A DNA stretch of 63,989 bases, filler included, from Ionaspis alba (lineage: Eukaryota), in the NCBI GenBank assembly GCA_964255285.1. It is 7 parts of 7 records of this genome, joined end to end, with 100 filler letters (N's around TTAATTAATTAA, not from the genome) between each part and the next. Parts side by side here need not be neighbours in the genome. Positions count along the whole stretch, not along the records: positions 46,650 to 55,850 come from CAXUUL010000685.1; positions 55,951 to 63,989 come from CAXUUL010000776.1; 5 more parts are not named here. One strand, given 5' to 3'. This document shows, one piece after another, positions 50,993 through 63,443 of the stretch. Under the pieces are notes generated by a model. It did no database searches. It saw only the letters and a list, made by a program, of their open reading frames with translations, and had not been told where the DNA came from. Every line of letters starts with the position of its first letter. Within the stretch, counting starts at the first letter, position 1. Position numbers and translations under genes: made by a program.

Positions 50993-52458
50993 GACGCGTT
51001 TTCATGCTTTAATCATGCCAGACCGTTCAGATCTGACGCCTTAAAGCAAAGGAGCTTGCTAGTCGCAACTATGGAGTCTACCGCATTGTATTTGCTTTGA
51101 AGACTATTCTGCAAGGAACTGCTATAGCTCTTGAAGCTCGGCGAAAATCTCCTTGTCGATCTTCCCCACTACCTTCGGCCCGCTTGGCTTAGCGAGAAAC
51201 TCGAGGGAGACAAAATTACTGCCAGTACCAGCCCCATTCGTCACGCTATCATTATTGAAATCACTATGGACACAAGCACAGGAGAGACGAAGATTGTGCA
51301 ATATTACGGCACTTCCGCAAGCTGTTTGTGATGCTGCTATAATGTGATTAATCTGATGTTTTAAACGATTTGCCGGGGGCGCGATCATTCGTGGAGCAAC
51401 ATGATATACCTTTGCTTTCTTTTTCCCAGAGATACTTGTCCAAGCAGCATCCTTGAGCGCCGGGACACCTTTCGCTCAGGCTCAAGAGAGCAGGTCTGTA
51501 TCTTGCTCAGCTCTCATATCAGCTAATATGCTTTCTCGAGACTGTTGCACACTTTTATAGTCCTCTACACCTGCGCGGTCTTGTCGGCAGAAGCTCAAAA
51601 TCCTCCAGAGCAGCGGACAAGCTTCCACGGTACGTGTAACGGAAGGACAAGCTCCTCAGATTCATTGTTGGATTAACATAGGAATTTGAGGACGAGACGG
51701 TGGATGGTGATTGGCTCAATGCTACTCAAAAGGAACACATGTTATCATAAGACATATTTTCCTGTTCAACACCCAACTTCACCATCCTCCAGAGCTTTCC
51801 TACTACTACCTGCGGATCCAATTTGCAGATGTGTCTGCCGCCTACCGTGTTAATTGCTGGTCGTCCATACTTCGTGTGAGCTAGTGACGAAGCACCTGCC
51901 AGACCTCGACGAGCTACATTTACGCATGAGAAAGAGTGATATCAAGGGTCACCAAGGCACTTGCTATATTGGTGTGTTTAGCCCAGGAGTCAGATTGGCA
52001 AAGTTGTTTATACCAAAAACACGGAACTCAATGGAGATAGACCTTGACCAGCACAGCAGCTTTCCCTTCTAACTACCAATTGATTCCGTAATAAATTTGA
52101 TGACAACTGAGATTAAAGGGAGTGCTTGTGAGAATGTCGTACCAGATATCGTTCACCATTTTCGATGCCACGCTAGAATACTGCAGGCTTGGCTTGGCGG
52201 CGTGGTACCTTGCGGCTCTGCCATGCCAGCCTCCGGGAGTTCTGAGCTCATTGGTAGGTCGGGTAAACCCAAAATACCCGTTCTCCGTGGCACCGTCACT
52301 CTCCCATGAATCGACTCCACCAAATCAATTCTTGTGAAACCTTCCCGTACACAAACTAAAGTTTGTCGACCATTTTTGTGGACTGGACAAATCTAAGAGA
52401 ATGTGGACACTGGGTCAAATTTTTACCATCCTTGTAAACTCCAAACCACATGATTGAC

Positions 52459-54787
52459 ATGTTGTGAGCGAGCCACTACTCGGCGTCCTTGCCTAGACCC
52501 ATCGATAGGCGCCGGCCGATACTGATAACCAATCTACAGTGTCCTCCCACCTCCTCCACGATATCCTGCCCAGAATGCATACACCCCTGGAGCACCTACC
52601 GGAATGGCATTGCCTTTTGTCGAGACAAACAATACGCTCAGGCATCCGTCTGGGCCAGAGTACCAGTTAGGTGTTGGCGAAGGTTAGCTTGAAACTGCCT
52701 GGGCGATATTGGACTAAACAACTGATGCTGAAGAGTAGGTACATATATTTTACGAGATGACCTTCACCTTGCGACTCCGCCGCCCCATCCATCAGAAGCT
52801 CCATTAGTCAACCTCAATCCTCTGGCAACTACTCCAGCTCCGCCAACCACGGGAGTCAAGCTTTCCCTTGTCACTTTGAGTCCTCGAAAAGCCGAGCCTC
52901 AGCTCTACAACATCAATGCGTCTGGTAGTGATAAATTGAATCTAGCGACATACAGTATCAAAGAAAGCGAGAAGGAGTCCAGAGCATCTCACGAGTCGAC
53001 GAGTGACGACACTTCGTCGCAGCCTCACAGCAATGGGTTCTCGGAGAAAACTCCTGCATTCGGGGCTGGAAATTCACTCTTGAGTCAAGCGACCTTGGCT
53101 ACTGGGAAGGATGCACTGAAGAGGAAGAAGCCGAAGTCTAATATCGTGAAGAGTAATTCGTCATTTGTGTCGAGGGTGCTGTCACATGAATCTATAAGCA
53201 AACGCTTGCAAGATCATGATCCGGAAGGTCTTTTCGTGTTTGCGAATATCAACAGAGCGTTTCAATGGTTGGACTTATCGTCTGGGGCTACTTCCAGGGT
53301 GAGCCCCTGGCTTCTTTATATAATGTGACAGCAGGGTGGTGACTGACGAGCACTCACAGGCAGAGCACCTCACCAAGATCTTATTCACCAAATCGCACAT
53401 GTTATGTCACGACGTCAATCCTTTTACCAAGAGTTCCAACCACTTGGATGTAGTTATGGGCTCTTCTGCGGCAGATATAATATGGTACGAACCGTTTACA
53501 CAAAAATATGCTAGGATTAATAAGAATGTACGTCTCCCTATTCCTCCCCAGCCAAAGCATTATCTAACTGCTACAAGGGTACAATCAACGCATCACCCGT
53601 AACAAACATCAGCTGGATACCTGGATCCGAATTTCTATTCCTTGCCTCGCATGCTGATGGCACATTAGTGGTTTACGATAAGGACCGAGAAGATGCGGCA
53701 TTCGTACCCGAAGATAATGGGATGTTCATGAATGTGAGAAATGGGGATTTGCAGGAAGCCGACAACATCCATATCAACAAATCAGTAAACTCGAAGAATC
53801 AGAAGAACAATCCTGTAGCGTCTTGGAAAATCTCGAATCAGCGGATCAATGCGTTTGCCTTCTCTCCAGATTGTCGACGCCTCGCTGTGGTGTCGGAGGA
53901 CGGATCGTTGAGGATCATTGATTATCTCAAGGAGTCGTGAGTTGATTTGAGCAGAAACACCCATGATGTCAAAGCTCACTGTGCATAGATTGACGGACGT
54001 TTATACGAGCTACTACGGCGGCTTCATGTGCGTCTGCTGGTCACCAGACGGCAAATACGTCCTGACAGGCGGCCAAGACGATCTGGTCTCCATCTGGTCC
54101 GTCGCGGAACGCCAAATCGTGGCACGATGTCCGGGACACCATTCGTGGGTTACGGCTGTAGCATTTGATCCTTGGAGATGCGATGATCGGAATTATCGAT
54201 TCGGAAGTGTAGGAGAAGATTGCAGGCTGTTATTATGGGACTTCAATGTTGGCATGCTGCACCGGCCTAAGGCTGTATGTCTTCTGCAGGTTGCAAATGA
54301 TGCTGTAGATGCTGATAAGCTCGAGTAGGCTTCCGTTCGCCAGAGAGGCAGCATCTCTTCCCACCACCCTCTTTCGCGAAATCGGACGGAGAGCCAGGCT
54401 ACGATGCGATTGCGGTCGGATTCGAGCCTTACGTCGAACAGTGCGGACGAGGAAGAGCTTATTGAACATCCTGTCGAGTCCAGAACCAGGACTGCAGAGC
54501 TGCCTCCGGTTATGGTCAGTCAGCCTTGTTCCTCGGGTCCTTCACATGCTGACGGTGCTGCTATCAGTCGCGAAAGGTCGACGAAGACCCATTGTGCTGG
54601 GTTGGGTTTCAGGAAGATTGCATCATTACTTCGTGCGCCTTGGGTATGCCTTACTTCTGAGTTTTGGCACTTGAAGGACTGAAATTTGACCCTTACTTTG
54701 ATAGGTCACATTCGAATATGGGACAGGCCAAAAGAAGGCACCAGCAATGGCAGCCAAATCACTCTTTCCGCCGGACGCAATTCCTAA
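52459..54787 (+). CDS. creC: WD40 protein CreC (catabolite repression; WDR20 family)
   Basis: Spliced start [75 protein letters not shown]. Confidence 0.9.
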
Positions 54788-55951
54788 TCTCCAAATATTT
54801 CAATGACAAGCCCATGTTCATTCTCGGATGTATAACAAGTTTCTTCCTGTACATACAGTATTAGTGGGTTCACGTTGGCACCAATCTGGTGCCCGGATCG
54901 GTCCATCCAGCCTGACATGTGCAAAACGTCGGCCATGTGGTGACTCAAACTACATCTTCGGTGGGTCGTGATGATAAGTCGTGGAGATGTGATGGGTGGA
55001 GCTTTGTTGCTGCAATTGCCCGGAGCAGGCTTTTCAAGCGACTGCTATCAGCCGCTCGGCATCATTTCGGCGGCGCATCAAGTTGGAAGTTCTCTGTGGG
55101 TGACGCACAACTTCGCCTTTGGGCGGAGATACCTGTGCGACGTGCAATATGCAGGAGTGGGAGTGGAGTACATTGCAGATGTATCTCTCGCCTTGTGTTG
55201 CTGTCTTGTTTCGGTAAGGCAAAGCATTGGTAGAACAAGCAAGAAACTAGGCATTGTGGACCGTACCGTATCCACTATTACCCACAAAATAGATGGCACG
55301 ATAAATCATATCTTCCATAGATTTCCAATACCTGTAATCAACGTGCAACAGCCTGAGCGCATCTCAACCAATAAAGAAGTCCCTCATCGTCTTTGTTCTC
55401 CCTCCTTCTAACCCCCTGCAATTTGACCACCTACGCCACGACGATCGATTGTCACGACCACCAATGCAACTTCTCACTTCTCAGCCGCGGCGCCGCCACC
55501 CCGTATCCTTGTGCCTTGCACCTGCATCCAGTTCGCCCGAGAAGAAAAAAGTCTAAAAACTCGATTGGCCGCTGCACGTCAACGAACACCTTGTCCATTT
55601 TTCTGCCCTATGGCATCACCGCTCTAGGCTTATTTTATTGGTACCTTTGTTTCTTTCCGGTTCTTTTTCGAGAGAGCTGGCTTTGCTTTGGAGAGTTGAT
55701 GCCATGAGGACTATAGAGCTTTAGTTTTGGCCGGATCTCTTATTTTCTCATTCGTTACGATCTGCTTCTTTCCTGGGGAGCACAGGCGTTGCGAGATATG
55801 GCTCCTTTGTTCTTGGGGGGAGGCAATGCTAGTTCAGCGAAGTACTTTCANNNNNNNNNNNNNNNNNNNNNNNNNNNNNNNNNNNNNNNNNNNNTTAATT
55901 AATTAANNNNNNNNNNNNNNNNNNNNNNNNNNNNNNNNNNNNNNNNNNNNC

Positions 55952-57192
55952 TATACCCATGCCCATGTCTTGCGATTTTTAACAAGCCCTCCTCCGTTGG
56001 AGGCATAACAAACATCCCATTGGACATATTCAGCAAAACCGGCATCTCCGCCAGCATCGCTTGCTCCGCAGGCGTCAATTGTAGATACGCTAGGATTTGT
56101 CCCGTTGCAGTCAATTGCCTACCGAGCGAAGGCAAAAGTGCGGGTGTCCAGGCGCCAATCGCTAGGATAGTGAGATGGGCAGCTAGGATTTGGCCAGTAG
56201 CGAGGCGGACGCCTTCGACTCGAAGAGAGGAAGTGCTGGAGAAAAGGAGGGATGTCACTTCCCCCTCCACCCAGCTCAGATTCCCGCGTTTCTGACCCAG
56301 AGCATGGACGCGGGCACGAGCGGATGCCATTGCGGAGGAGGCGTCGGCCCAGCCGCTGTGAGGATTGAGGTAGCCGGTGGAGCCTGGGTGGGGAAAGAGA
56401 AAGGCGGAGGATGTCATGGTTCGCTGGATTGAGACGCGGGAAGGGAGCGTGCGGATTTTCGAAGGCTTGGCCGGGTCCGCTGAAGGGTGCATTGGTGGGA
56501 CAGAGTTGGGGGACGGGGTCGACGTAGCTTCGAGATGTAGCACGTTTGCGAGGCTTTCGCGGACGTACTTGACGCCTCTGCCATCGTCGTTGTCGTCGGT
56601 GTCGGCCGTGAGGACGAGGCCGGTTTGTCTATAGACATTGGGACGGGGTGCTGCGGACTTATGTCCTGCAGTGGGTTTCTCTTGATCACCCGGCTGTAGC
56701 CCAATATCCTCTAGCCTCTCATCTCCTCTTGATTCATGTCCAGGTTCTCCATCTATTGTAATGTCCTCTCCTACTCCCTTGTCTCGCTCATACGGCCAGT
56801 CGCCCCATCCCGCTCTCCACAGCTCCTGCGCTTCGGCCGCAAGAGCTGCATAAGCTGGATTTGCGTAGTCGGCGCGGATGATGCGCGAAGTGTCGAGAGA
56901 GGCGGTTGGCGGATCATGTGGTGGGGTGGTTTCGTTGGGCTTATTCGAGGTAGGGACTGGGGTACGGGAATCGAGGATGGTGATGTGGGTGTTGGCGTAA
57001 CGGGAACGGGTGAGTAGGGCGAGGGCTGTGGAGACTATGATGTAGGATGTTCAGCAAAGATTGCGGAACATGAGCAGTAGCGATCTTACGACCAAAAACT
57101 CCGGAGCCGACGATAAGTATTGAGGATGGTGGGGCCGGAAGGGGTGGTCTACAATTAGGGTCGACGTTGAAGTTGGCAATGCGATCCTGCAT
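55952..57192 (-). CDS. FAD-dependent amine oxidase (sarcosine/pipecolate/fructosyl-amino acid oxidase family), 3' truncated
   Basis: ILIVGSGVFG, SLDTSRIIRADYA, SGWADA, AIGAWTP, ATGQILAY, LKIARHGHGY. Runs into the gap. Confidence 0.85.
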
Positions 57193-58038
57193 CGTTCGGC
57201 TCTACATAGGAAATCGATCTCGATTGAGGCTCTCCAACTCGAAGGCGATGAAAGGTCTGATTATCTAATGGTCCGTCCCCGATTTTATGGAAACACTATG
57301 TACTGAGGATATGGGATTCATTTCACATCACAGCGCCAATCATTGTTTTTTGAAGACGGTTGAATTTCATGCTATCAGCCCGAGAGCTATCAGAACCGTC
57401 CACCGTACAGTCTGGCCGAGATAACCTTCCGAAGCCATGTGTCAAGGCACGCGACAAAAAAGCATGCTCCACTACCACCGTCCTCAATCGCTCTGTATCA
57501 AAATTTCCTCGCTCTCAACATCTGTGCTGGTCACCATCCTCGTTTCAATCTTCTCCGCAGCCAGCCATTCCGCGCCACGTCCCCAGCATCGATCACGATG
57601 ATGCTGTGAAAGCCATCGTCGACCTCGCATCCACGAAAGAGAAGTAGACGGCACTTATCGACCAGCGCACGTACCGCCCATAGAGCCCGCAAAGACAAAG
57701 GCGACCTTCTAATGCATTAAGCCAAAGCCAATCTGTATCGAGTCCCAGCCGTCCTGGGAGGAAAACACCATGTAAATGCAGCATCGCATAGTATTACGTA
57801 GGAAAGAAACTGTATTCCGAAAGCTGAGCAACGGCCGACCATTGAGCGAGGTGTGCATCAATGGCGGTTGGGGTATTGACCGTGCTAGCGGGTCGAGGTC
57901 GATAGGTCGTAACGCCGTAAAGTAGATAATAGGTGTGCTTGTGTATTGGTACAACAGAAGTAGAAGGTGGTTTTTGGGATAATACATCGCGTCTGCTGAT
58001 CGACCGCCGATGGTTGATGTTCATTGTAAAAACAACAC

Positions 58039-59004
58039 TCAGACCTTTCGAAAGTCTAGTTTTGACTGTATAAGCCATGGTTTGATTCAAAGAAGAGCTT
58101 GCTTGAACTCACCCGAAAGCACAGGGTAGATCATCTCGAAAGCTTGGTATATCTCCTCACGCACTTTGGCACCGGTCAAGACGATCTTGCCACTCACGAA
58201 GATCAGAAGCACGATTTTAGGCTTGATCATTCGATAGATGAGGCCAGGGAACAACTCCGGCTCGTAAGAGCTGAAGTGATGATGGCGACTTGCCAACCCC
58301 TCGAGACGAATGGGGAACTTGATATCGCAAGAGCCAACGATGTTCTGGATCTTGAAGTCCGTGAACTTTGCGTTGAAGCCGAGCTTCTGGATGATCCTGG
58401 CATATTTGCGAGATGCCAGTTTAGAGTCATCTTCAGACTTTGCGCCTGTGACCACCATCTTGCCCGAGGCAAAGATGAGGGCAGTAGTCTTTGGGTCGCG
58501 AATACGCATGATAACAGCGGCGAAACGCTAGACAGATGTTTAGCATGTCACAGACACGGCTCTAGATATCTTTGTCAGTACCTTAGGGTTGTACTCAGCG
58601 TTCCTCGCATGCAGAGCGATCGTCTTGAGATCCAACCGGCAATCGAGGTTGACCGTGGCGACGATGTTTCTTGAAGAACACGCCTTTAAGCCTCAAAGTC
58701 TCTCAAGAAGACACTGGGACTATACTCACTGCAAGGTGGGCACAATCCCACTCACACCCGTCTGTGTTGCGCCAGGAGTCGCTGCGGGAGTTGTGGGAGT
58801 CACCCCATTGCCTTCAGGTTGGGCAGTCCCTCCCGGCTTCTGCTGCCCGTTCATCTGTCCAGTAGCGCCAGGTGCCTGATTGCTTCCGTCTTTTTCAGAG
58901 GGCGGCGTGAGCTCTCCGGCTCCACCGGGATACGATAATGACCCAGGCGCGATGAACGAGTTCGCCTGGACAGCGGTTGACGGGTGTGTTGTGAGGGAAT
59001 CCAT
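58039..59004 (-). CDS. SPT15: TATA-binding protein
   Basis: [46 protein letters not shown], last exon DFRKV*. Confidence 0.98.
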
Positions 59005-60180
59005 CTTGGACAATGTGAGGACACGCGACCGTGCAACTCGAGGGTTGGCACAGAGACGATGAGCTCGAGTTGTTGATGATGTGCAGACTGCGAGATAGCG
59101 ATAAATCAGATTCGAAGTTCTTGAGAGAGTATAGACGGAGTTCGCTGTGAGTGTGGCGATGAGTCAGGAACGCCGGTGGCGTGAAAGCAAGTGGGCGCAA
59201 CCGTTTTGGAGGTTAGGGTCGTACCGTTATGCGGGAGATGAACAACCAAATGTCTCCCCTACAGCCGCTGCACGAAGCGACACCACCGAATCACTCCTCG
59301 AGTGACCTTGATACCACGAAAAGCCGATCGCGCGATAACCCTCAATCGTCTTGATTGTATGAAGATTGATTTTGTGCTGTAGAAGTGATGGTGAGTTGGA
59401 TTCGAAGGTAGTAGGTCGATGGCCGAAGAAGACAAGGCTGCAAAGTGGAAAAAAGTCGCTAATGTCAAATCGGAAAGAGAGTGATTAGGTAATCCTAAGA
59501 AGGAAAGGAAGAAGCACTTTTGTCGGTGAAAAGTGTCCTTCAATAATCTAAATTAGAGGATGATGAAAAAAGAAGATATCACGACTTCTTTTCAACTGAA
59601 ATTGTGGAGGAGAGTGATGGATGGATGTTGACGATGTGAGGGGTCGTCAAATCGCAGGTCAACGTGCGAAAACTTTTGCGATAAAGGCGAGGGGAGAAGG
59701 CTGCTCTTATAGAAATCCGGCTGCATGTTGGGCCGGATCCTGGCGCCTTCAGGTTTTGCTGCCGCTTTTAATCTTTACCGCTTCAGGGGTCGGTGTTCCT
59801 TCAACACTTTCCATGCCAAGCCTCCTTAAGGAGTTTGGTGCGACAGTTGCTTGCGCGGCTTTGCGGCATACACCCAATCATTGNNNNNNNNNNNNNNNNN
59901 NNNNNNNNNNNNNNNNNNNNNNNNNNNNNNNNNNNNNNNNNNNNNNNNNNNNNNNNNNNNNNNNNNNNNNNNNNNNNNNNNNNCTACATATGTGCCATAA
60001 AATGCAACTATTCTCTCTGTGGGGAGCGCAAGTATCGTACCTACATATTTGCGTGTCACAACCACAGCAAGTGTCAGTTACCATCCGACGACGGAGACCA
60101 TGGCGAGTTCGCTTGAGTGCCAGCCTTGCGAGTCGACAAATATCTCTGATCAGCAAGATTGGCTTGGGCCTGCGGGCAAC

Positions 60181-61419
60181 TCAGTGATATACAAGGTACT
60201 CCCGCAGATTCTCCTCTCCATCCATTGCATCGATAACATCGTTGAGCATCTCCCAGAGGAACGTGACGTCCGGCGTCTCATCATCGGGGTCTGGGTCGTC
60301 CATTTCTTCACGGATCCGGCGTGGATGCTCATACTGCCTGTTGTGATACTTGTAATAGTCGATCAAATGTTCGCATCCGATGATCCGGAGCAGCTCCTCG
60401 AAGCTGTAACCTTCATCTGGCCAGTGGTGCAGATGAGTCATTACCACGTACATCAGGTGCGAATCACTGACCGTATTGGCGAATCTGACCAGTCCCAGCA
60501 CAAACTCCACCCAGCGCAAGATGACCAATGGGTATGGCGTTCCCTTGTGCTGACGGAATTCGATGGTCTGTTTCCTGGGCTTCCCACCATCCTCGACCAT
60601 CTCCCCGTTCTCGTTATCAAGATGACTGAAATTGACAGCTATGTATCGATTGGTATCTCCGTCCTTCCCAGGTTGCCACTTCCACTGAAGCTCAGAAAGG
60701 GTTTGGCATCTCTCTATCACAGCGATACCGGCAACAGGACCTAGCTGCGGTTAAGCGGTATTTTATTAGCTCATGGTCAACTCGTTAGCGGCTTTGACTG
60801 AACTTACTTTGGGATGCAGGTAACGGCTAAGGGAAATAGGCCAGGCCCATATATTATATTCGCCGTCCAAATTAACGCGCTCCGGAGGATGAAGAGACTC
60901 GATCTCAAACTCGAAAGCAAGTAGGAGCTGCGTGAGATTCTTCATCATGCGGAGCGGAAAATAATTCTCGGTATTCCCGGCGTGCACATGGACAGAGGAA
61001 CCAACTGTGATTATTGGAGGTCCGAGAGGGAACTCCATGAGAGCGTTCATTGCAGTGTGAACCTCATCGTATGAGGGCTGATCTCTGTACAATATCCGGC
61101 TAGTCACTTCCAGAGGCACATAGAGGAAACCGTAAGGCATACCATGCGGATCGAGGTCCTCATCCAACACGGTCCATTTGCTATAATCACGTGGGTTGGT
61201 CGAATTGAAATCTGTGCAGTCATTGACTTCGAGTCCTGCATCCTCGAGCCAATCTTGGACACGTTGTCGGAAGTAGAGGAAATCCCGGGGCTGGTAGGTG
61301 GCGAGACTGAAGGGGATGCCTGTACTTGCCACGAAATCATCTCCTTGCGCCCTGGTGAAATAATACAGGAATTCGAGCTCTATCCCGAAAGTTTCTTGTA
61401 ATGGGTGGTAATTCGACAT
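60181..61419 (-). CDS. Putative amidoligase (COOH-NH2 ligase type 2), copy A
   Basis: TFGIELEF, PLEVTSRIL, SSVHVHAG, TIEFRQHKGT. One intron about 60808-60745 joins the two ORFs. Confidence 0.8.
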
Positions 61420-61789
61420 CCTGTGTTTGCACAGATGGTGCGCTGTCTTTTAGCGGAAGGTGCCCAGCACGACGCGGTAGCAGGGCGGTCGTAAACTATA
61501 TCATCGTGAGATATGATCCGACTGTAAGACTTTTGCAGTCCTCTGTAGCTTTGTCTCGATTATACTGCTTCCGGTAAACAATGGAGCAATTCTTTGGCTC
61601 ATCCTTGTCCTCGTTGACATTGCCTCCTTTATCTCACCGAGTCTGGAACACTTATGCTTTGTACTCAACAGAAAGCATTCGGGATATACGTAGAGGAGCA
61701 AAGGTGATTGTACATAAGCGTACTCTAGGAATTTTGGACCAAAGACACAATGGACTTTAGGCCAGACCTTGAAGTCTAGTCTGCGTGTA

Positions 61790-62929
61790 ATGGAAGCACC
61801 ACTCACTCTTACCATCGGTGTCGAACTCGAGTTCCTCCTTGCTTACCTCCAAAGTCCTGAGGAGTACGATGAGTTCAGAAAACATCCAGCAGCGGCGCAA
61901 ACGTGGTTGAATGTTGTGCAGAACGAGGAGCGACAGAAGATAGTAGACCACCTACGATTCCTAGGCCTGTCCGTGAACGACATTGGATCCAAGCATTACA
62001 CGCAGTGGACAGTGGAAAGTGATGGAACAGTCAACGCACCGGAATGGGACGAGTATGATCCTGCTGGAAATGCCAATTTGCCTAACAGAATCCATTTTGC
62101 CAATGGTGAGTATATAGATCTGACCTTTTTGGGGCGCAAGTTGGTAAGATTTTGCCCTGTGGAGGTGGTGTCTCCGGCACGCGAGTTCAACATGGCTGCG
62201 CTTGAGGAGGTCCAAGTTGCCATTCGAGCCATTGTCGATACATTCCCGGTGTTCGCAAACGAGACGTGTGGACTGCATATCCATATCGGAAACGGAGATA
62301 AAGGCTTCCCTCTGCAGACCATGAAGAATTTTTCCACCCTGACCACCAGCTTCGAACGACAGGTGAACCAATTGCACCCTCGGCACCGGCTTGACAGCCC
62401 ATTCTGTCATTTGGAGACGACGGCATTTGAGGCTGCTGAGCGAGAACCCTGGAGAATGGCGTTTCTCATCAACGAGTTGCCGGACATGCAGTCCTATATT
62501 GAGATGTTTGGGACCATGCGCCACGACCACTCTATCTTCGACCATAATTGGTGCTATAATATCAACAACTTAGGCTTACAACAAGCAAAGAGAACCATCG
62601 AATTTCGTCAGCATGAAGGCACGCTGGATCATCAGCGGGTAATCCTCTGGGCTATATTTGCTGCCAGTATTGTCAGTCTCGCGCACAATACAGAGTCGAC
62701 CGCCTTCTGGAATATGATGGTACATTATGCTGACGATCCCAAATTCACCGTCATCAACCTTTTCGAAAAGCTCTTCTTGATCGTGCTAGCAGACGAGTAC
62801 GAAGCACGCTGCTTCGATCATCCAATCGATCTTCCAGTTTATGACAGCTTCGCACCGGAGAACAGAAGCGATGGGGACGAGGATGATTTCGATTTGATGG
62901 ACTTCATGTTAGAAGATATGACAGATTAA
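61790..62929 (+). CDS. Putative amidoligase (COOH-NH2 ligase type 2), copy B, intronless
   Basis: TIGVELEF, WTVESDGTV, PVEVVSP, CGLHIHIG, YNINNL, RTIEFRQHEGT. Confidence 0.85.
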   Translation: MEAPLTLTIGVELEFLLAYLQSPEEYDEFRKHPAAAQTWLNVVQNEERQKIVDHLRFLGLSVNDIGSKHYTQWTVESDGTVNAPEWDEYDPAGNANLPNRIHFANGEYIDLTFLGRKLVRFCPVEVVSPAREFNMAALEEVQVAIRAIVDTFPVFANETCGLHIHIGNGDKGFPLQTMKNFSTLTTSFERQVNQLHPRHRLDSPFCHLETTAFEAAEREPWRMAFLINELPDMQSYIEMFGTMRHDHSIFDHNWCYNINNLGLQQAKRTIEFRQHEGTLDHQRVILWAIFAASIVSLAHNTESTAFWNMMVHYADDPKFTVINLFEKLFLIVLADEYEARCFDHPIDLPVYDSFAPENRSDGDEDDFDLMDFMLEDMTD

Positions 62930-63443
62930 GATCGGAGGAACTGGAGAAAGATAGCTTGGAGCTCAAACAGCATTGAGCATTGAAGGGATGCACGATGGTG
63001 ATCCGGTTGATGAAAACGGGAAAAATTAAGTGCGCAATCAATACCCACAATGCAGATTTAGCACGAGCAAGTCAGAAATCACATCCCGCTCTCACCTCAA
63101 TATAATGTACATATTAGAGTTGTAATCTATTTAGATTGAAGCGCAGGTACAGCTTGAAAGGAGAAACGAAATTGAGCCAGTCAACTAAAATGGTCATTCG
63201 AAGCTCAGGGCACGATCTATCATCGGACTAAGTTATCACTTTCGATGAAGTAGTCTTTGAGCGATGGCGCGGAGCAGCACATTGTATGCGATGGGAGAGA
63301 GACAAAGCACTTCGAACAAAGAAGTGGTCCAATTGGAGATTGTCAAGCCTTGTGATTGGTCCGCAACGATAGAGGAAAGTTAGCCGAGCAAGATCTCAAG
63401 CGGAGTGGCTTGCGAGATCCAGTGGACTTTCCCACCTCTGACT

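Noticed and set aside
51122..52337. Short ORFs between GEM1 and creC
   Set aside because: All under 90 aa with no motifs or convincing splice structure; probably promoter or UTR sequence.
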